DNA of 64,000 nucleotides, taken from contig JBFIML010000019.1 in assembly GCA_041611735.1 (NCBI GenBank), forward strand, positions 1,863 through 65,862. The letters run 5' to 3'. The DNA comes from Myxococcota bacterium (GTDB taxonomy: Bacteria > Myxococcota_A > UBA9160 > PR03). The notes beneath the pieces are model-generated. The model made no database searches. It had not been told where the DNA came from and saw only the letters and a list, made by a program, of their open reading frames with translations. This document shows positions 60,151 through 64,000 of the stretch, one piece after another (position 1 is the first letter of the stretch; every line of letters begins with the position of its first letter). Position numbers and translations under genes: made by a program.

Positions 60151-61515
60151 ATGGCGAGTCGCAGCTCCGGCAAGGGTCTGCTCCGCATGATGAGCACCGA
60201 GGAGCCGGGCTTCGGGCGGGCCTTCGCGGCGTTGGTGCGGCGGCGCGCGGAGCAGGGAGAGGCCGTCGAGCGCGGCGTACGCCGGATCGTGGAGAAGGTG
60301 CGGGAGGGCGGCGATACCGAGCTGCGTGCCTGCGTGCGCAAGTACGACGGGGCCAGGCTCGACGAGTTCGAGGTGACGCGCCAGGAGTGGGACGAAGGGG
60401 TGGAGCGCATCGACCCGGCGGACCGTGCGGCGCTGGGCAAGGCGACCATGCGGGTGCGCGACTTCCACCGCAAGCGGGTCCCGTCGAGCTGGGAGGTGCG
60501 CGAGGAGGGCGGAGGTCTGATGGGCCATCGGGTGCGCCCGCTGAGCCGGGTGGGCCTCTACGTGCCGGGCGGGAGCGCCACCTACCCCTCGAGCGTCATC
60601 ATGAACGCGGTGCCCGCCTCGGTGGTGGAGGTGCCGGAGATCGTGATGGCCACGCCGCCGCAGCGCGACGGGTCGCTCTCCCCGGCGGTGCTCATGGCGG
60701 CGCGCCTGGCGGGCGTCCACCGCATCTTCAAGATGGGCGGGGCCCATGCCATTGCCGCCCTGGCCTTCGGCACCGAGAGCGTGCCGCGCGTCGACAAGAT
60801 CGTGGGGCCCGGCAGCACCTGGGTGGCCGCGGCCAAGCGTCTCGTCTTTGGCGAGGTGGCCATCGACGCCGAGGCCGGTCCCACGGAGGTCATGGTGGTG
60901 GCGGACCGCTCGGCGACGCCGGCCTGGGTGGCGGCGGACCTGATCTCCCAGGCCGAGCACGACGAGATGGCGAGCGCCCTGCTGGTGACTCCGCTCAAGT
61001 CGATCGCCCAGCGGGTCCAGGACCACGTGATGAAACAGCTGCAGACCCTGGAGCGCGGCAAGGTGGCGCGCGCGGCTCTCGCGAAGAACGGAGCGATCGT
61101 GGTGACGCGCAACCTGGACGAGGCGCTAGAGCTGGTGGACCGCTACGCACCCGAGCACCTGGTGCTGGCCCTGGAGAATCCCGACCTGGCCGAAAAGAAG
61201 GTCGCCAACGCCGGCGCGATCTTCCTGGGCCACTACACGCCGGTGGCGGTGGGCGACTACCTGGCGGGTCCGAACCACGTGCTGCCCACCGGCGGGACCG
61301 CGCGCTACTCCTCGCCTCTCGGCGTGGAGGACTTCCTGAAGCGCACGAGCTTCGTTCGCTTCGAGCCTTCGAAGCTGCGCGAGCTCGGCCTCGAGGTGAT
61401 CCGCCTGGCGGAGCTGGAGGGGCTCACCGGACACGGCCGTTCCGTCGAGCTCCGGCTCCAGAAGATCCGGCGCACCCGGCGCGAGCGCGAGGCGGCGCGC
61501 GAGGCGGACCTGTGA
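60151..61515 (+). CDS. hisD: histidinol dehydrogenase
   Basis: 'YVPGGSATYPSSVIMNAVPA', 'KIVGPGSTWVAAAKR', 'SQAEHDE', 'YLAGPNHVLPTGGTAR'. Confidence 0.95.
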   Translation: MASRSSGKGLLRMMSTEEPGFGRAFAALVRRRAEQGEAVERGVRRIVEKVREGGDTELRACVRKYDGARLDEFEVTRQEWDEGVERIDPADRAALGKATMRVRDFHRKRVPSSWEVREEGGGLMGHRVRPLSRVGLYVPGGSATYPSSVIMNAVPASVVEVPEIVMATPPQRDGSLSPAVLMAARLAGVHRIFKMGGAHAIAALAFGTESVPRVDKIVGPGSTWVAAAKRLVFGEVAIDAEAGPTEVMVVADRSATPAWVAADLISQAEHDEMASALLVTPLKSIAQRVQDHVMKQLQTLERGKVARAALAKNGAIVVTRNLDEALELVDRYAPEHLVLALENPDLAEKKVANAGAIFLGHYTPVAVGDYLAGPNHVLPTGGTARYSSPLGVEDFLKRTSFVRFEPSKLRELGLEVIRLAELEGLTGHGRSVELRLQKIRRTRREREAAREADL

Positions 61516-62105
61516 GCGGGGAACGCGTGGCGACGGCCTCGCGCACCACGCGCGAGACGGACATCCGCCTGGAGCTCGACCTCGACGGAAGCGGAAGCTT
61601 CGAGGTGGCGACCGGAATCCCCTTCTTCGACCACATGCTCGAATCCCTGGCGAAGCACGGCGGCTTCGACCTGCGGCTGCAGGCCAAGGGGGACCTGACC
61701 GTGGATCTGCACCACACGGTCGAGGACGTGGGCATCGCCCTGGGCCGCGCGCTGCGCGAGGCGCTCGGGGACGCGAGCGGGATCCGGCGCTACGGGTTCT
61801 TCGTGCTTCCCATGGCCGAGACGAAGGTCGAGGTGGCCGTGGACGTGTCGAACCGGCCGTTCCTGGTCTATCGGGTGGCGATGGCCAACGACCGGATCGG
61901 GAACTTCGACGTCTCGCTGGTGGAGGACTTCCTGTACGCATTCTCCCAGAACGCCGGCCTCGATCTGCACGTGGAGCTCCGCTACGGAAAGAGCCCCCAC
62001 CACGTGGTGGAGGCGATCTTCAAGGGGTTGGCGCGGGCCCTGCGCGCCGCCCTGGAGCCGGATCCCCGCGTGCGCGGGTTGCCCACGGTTAAGGGCGCCC
62101 TCTAG
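61512..62105 (+). CDS. hisB: imidazoleglycerol-phosphate dehydratase
   Basis: GTGA overlap with hisD. 'TRETDIRLELDLDG', 'GIPFFDHML', 'DLHHTVEDVGIALG', 'HHVVEAIFKGLARAL'. Confidence 0.95.
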   Translation: MSGERVATASRTTRETDIRLELDLDGSGSFEVATGIPFFDHMLESLAKHGGFDLRLQAKGDLTVDLHHTVEDVGIALGRALREALGDASGIRRYGFFVLPMAETKVEVAVDVSNRPFLVYRVAMANDRIGNFDVSLVEDFLYAFSQNAGLDLHVELRYGKSPHHVVEAIFKGLARALRAALEPDPRVRGLPTVKGAL

Positions 62106-62110
62106 CCATC

Positions 62111-62761
62111 ATGGCCGCCGCCCCCCGGGTCGCCGTGGTCGACTACGGCTCGGGAAACCTGCGCAGCGTGGCGCGGGCGCTGGCGCGCTCCGGGCTCGCG
62201 CCAGAGGTGACGAGCGATCCGGCCGCGGTGCGTCGGGCGCAGGCCGTGGTACTGCCCGGGGTGGCCGCCTTCGCCGACGCGGTGGAGAGCCTGCGCGCCA
62301 AGGGCCTCGACGACGCGGTGCGCGAGGGCATCGCGGCACGGCGTCCGTACCTCGGACTCTGCCTCGGCCTCCAGCTGCTCTTCGAGGCGGGCGACGAGCA
62401 CGGGCCGACACCCGGCTGGGGTCTGCTGCGCGGCCGCGTGGAGCGCTTCTCCGAGTGCGGCCCGGAGGGAGTGCGCCTGCGGGTGCCCCACATCGGCTGG
62501 AACGAAGTGCGCTTCCGGGGCTCCCACCCGATGCTCTCCCACCTGCCCGAACGCGATACGTTCTACTTCGTGCACTCCTACCGGGCGGTTCCGGCCGACC
62601 CGGCGGTGGTGGTGGGGACGGCCGACTATGGCGGGCCGTTCGCCGCCGCCGTGGCCAGCGAGAGGATGTTCGCGGTGCAGTTCCATCCCGAGAAGAGCCA
62701 GTCCGCAGGCAGGCGCCTGCTGGACGCGTTCGCCGCCTGGGTGGCCGCGTGTCGCGGGTGA
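62111..62761 (+). CDS. hisH: imidazole glycerol phosphate synthase, glutamine amidotransferase subunit
   Basis: 'VAVVDYGSGNLRSV', 'GLCLGLQLLF', 'VPHIGWN', 'FVHSY', 'QFHPEKS'. Confidence 0.95.
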   Translation: MAAAPRVAVVDYGSGNLRSVARALARSGLAPEVTSDPAAVRRAQAVVLPGVAAFADAVESLRAKGLDDAVREGIAARRPYLGLCLGLQLLFEAGDEHGPTPGWGLLRGRVERFSECGPEGVRLRVPHIGWNEVRFRGSHPMLSHLPERDTFYFVHSYRAVPADPAVVVGTADYGGPFAAAVASERMFAVQFHPEKSQSAGRRLLDAFAAWVAACRG

Positions 62762-63390
62762 GCCCGGCCCGGCACGTCCTGCTGGCCGGGGTGGCACTCA
62801 CCCTCGGCTGCGCCAGCACGCTCCAGAGCGTCGAGTACCCCCTGCTGCGCGAAGCGCCGCCCACGATCCGGCGCCTGGCGGTGGCTCCCTTTCGTCCCGA
62901 GGCAGGTCTGGCCGCCGAGGCCCAGGCGCGGCGGGCCGTCGCCGACCAGGTGGCGGGCTTCGTGTTCGAAGCCGCCGCCGCGCGCGGGATCGAGCTGGTG
63001 GCGCCCTCGGACCTGGCCCATGCCCTGGAGGATCCCGAGAGCCGCATGCCGGCCGAGGCCCCCCAGGCGGCGCGGCTGGCCAGCCAGGAGTTCGGTGCCG
63101 ATGCGATCCTCCTGGGCACCGTGCTGCGCTTTCGCAAACGGGCCGGCGAAGCCCTCGGCACCACGCAGCCAGCCAGCGTCGCCTTCGAGGTGACCCTCTA
63201 CAGCGCACCGGGCGGCGAGCGGCTGTGGTCGGCCCGCTTCGACGAGACCCAGCAGGCCCTGCTCTCGAACGTCCTCAACCTGGGGCGCTATCCGGGCGGC
63301 GGGACGCGCTGGCTCACCGCCGAGGAGCTGGCGCGCTGGGGCGCGCACGAGGTGGCCAAGGGCCTGCCCCTGGGCGCCACGGGCCCGTGA
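62758..63390 (+). CDS. lipoprotein of unknown function inserted between hisH and hisA
   Basis: GTGA overlaps at both ends. Lipobox 'GVALTLGC'. 'GADAILLGTVLRFRKR...WSARFDETQQAL' resembles DUF799/LpoB-like lipoproteins, judged by eye only. Confidence 0.65.
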   Translation: MSPARHVLLAGVALTLGCASTLQSVEYPLLREAPPTIRRLAVAPFRPEAGLAAEAQARRAVADQVAGFVFEAAAARGIELVAPSDLAHALEDPESRMPAEAPQAARLASQEFGADAILLGTVLRFRKRAGEALGTTQPASVAFEVTLYSAPGGERLWSARFDETQQALLSNVLNLGRYPGGGTRWLTAEELARWGAHEVAKGLPLGATGP

Positions 63391-64000
63391 CCTCCTTCGA
63401 GCTGATCCCGGCCATCGATCTCCTGGACGGCCGCTGCGTGCGGCTCGCGCAGGGACGCTACGACCACGCCACGGTCTACGACGACGATCCGGCTCGGGTG
63501 GCGCGGCGCTTCGTGGCCTGCGCGGTGCGGCGGCTGCACGTCGTGGATCTGGACGGCGCGCGCGCCGGGGAGCCGCGCAACGGCGACGCGGTGCGCGCGG
63601 TGGTGGCCGCGGCCGGCGCGGTCCCGGTGCAGCTCGGCGGCGGGCTGCGCACGCTCGAGAGCATCGAGGCGGCGCTCGACCTCGGGGTGCAGCGGGCGGT
63701 GCTCGGCACCGCCGCGCTGCGCGATCCGGACCTCGTGCACGAGGCTGCCCGGCGGCATCCCGGGCGCATCGCGGTGGGAATCGACGCGCGCCACGGGCGC
63801 GTGGCGGTGCAGGGCTGGCTGGAGACGAGTGCCGCGCGGCCCGAGGACCTGGCCCGCGCCTTCGAGGACGCCGGCGTGGGCGCCCTGGTCTACACGAACA
63901 TCGCCCGCGACGGCATGCTCGGCGGCCCGGACCTGGACGGCGCCGCCCGGCTCGCCGACGCGGTCTCGATCCCCGTCATCGCTTCGGGCGGAGTCGGCTC
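63387..64000 (+). CDS. hisA: HisA, 1-(5-phosphoribosyl)-5-[(5-phosphoribosylamino)methylideneamino]imidazole-4-carboxamide isomerase (3' end cut by the window)
   Basis: My own translation reads 'LIPAIDLLDGRCVRLAQGRY...VVDLDGA...VQLGGGLR...VLGTAAL...GWLE...TNIARDGMLGGPD...PVIASGGVG'. The frame is open to the window edge, so it is absent from the ORF track. Confidence 0.9.
   Translation, partial: MTSFELIPAIDLLDGRCVRLAQGRYDHATVYDDDPARVARRFVACAVRRLHVVDLDGARAGEPRNGDAVRAVVAAAGAVPVQLGGGLRTLESIEAALDLGVQRAVLGTAALRDPDLVHEAARRHPGRIAVGIDARHGRVAVQGWLETSAARPEDLARAFEDAGVGALVYTNIARDGMLGGPDLDGAARLADAVSIPVIASGGVG

Overview
The window is a very GC-rich (about 70% or more by eye) bacterial chromosomal segment. 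I can support about 70 protein-coding genes, and found no rRNA, tRNA, CRISPR array, transposase or integrase. Gene content and the number of sigma-54-type regulators suggest a Myxococcota/deltaproteobacterium-like organism, but that is inference only. The window falls into three zones. (1) 1-19.7 kb is an almost uninterrupted plus-strand run of small accessory-type genes: a cupin protein, a GST, four GNATs, an FAD oxidase, ICMT, DUF1499, TspO, a sulfatase, a hemerythrin/di-iron/HIT operon and two oxidoreductases. Many of these have start/stop overlaps of 1-10 nt, mostly 1-4 nt. The zone also holds an MFS pseudogene, a histidine-kinase tail relic and a 214-bp inverted-repeat element. (2) 19.8-39.6 kb is a signalling and redox zone. 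It contains tatC and a tatA/B gene behind a -24/-12 (sigma-54) promoter. It contains an NtrC-type activator paired with an unusual receiver-like + GAFTGA-less AAA+ + degenerate histidine-kinase fusion, which has its own -24/-12 promoter. It also holds a duplicated ThyX-like protein, peptidases, a plant-type glutamate-cysteine ligase, a REC-PAS regulator, an unknown 6-TM protein, a glutaredoxin-thioredoxin-reductase fusion and a PAS-HisKA-REC protein with no ATPase domain. (3) 39.6-64 kb is housekeeping. The minus strand carries rng-rplU-rpmA-obg-proB-proA-nadD-rsfS-gpmI-comF. The plus strand carries selA, an HNH/MinD-like/J-HTH trio, rluD, pgeF, rho, rpmE, prfA, prmC, murA and hisD-hisB-hisH-(lipoprotein)-hisA. 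My best candidate for an undescribed system is the sigma-54 module at 20.8-24.8 kb (pseudo-enzyme fusion + activator + two near-identical -24/-12 promoters, one of them driving tat). The Grx-TrxR fusion neighbourhood and the five-gene hemerythrin/di-iron/HIT/GNAT operon come next. All calls rest on reading the translations and the DNA by eye; no database search was run.
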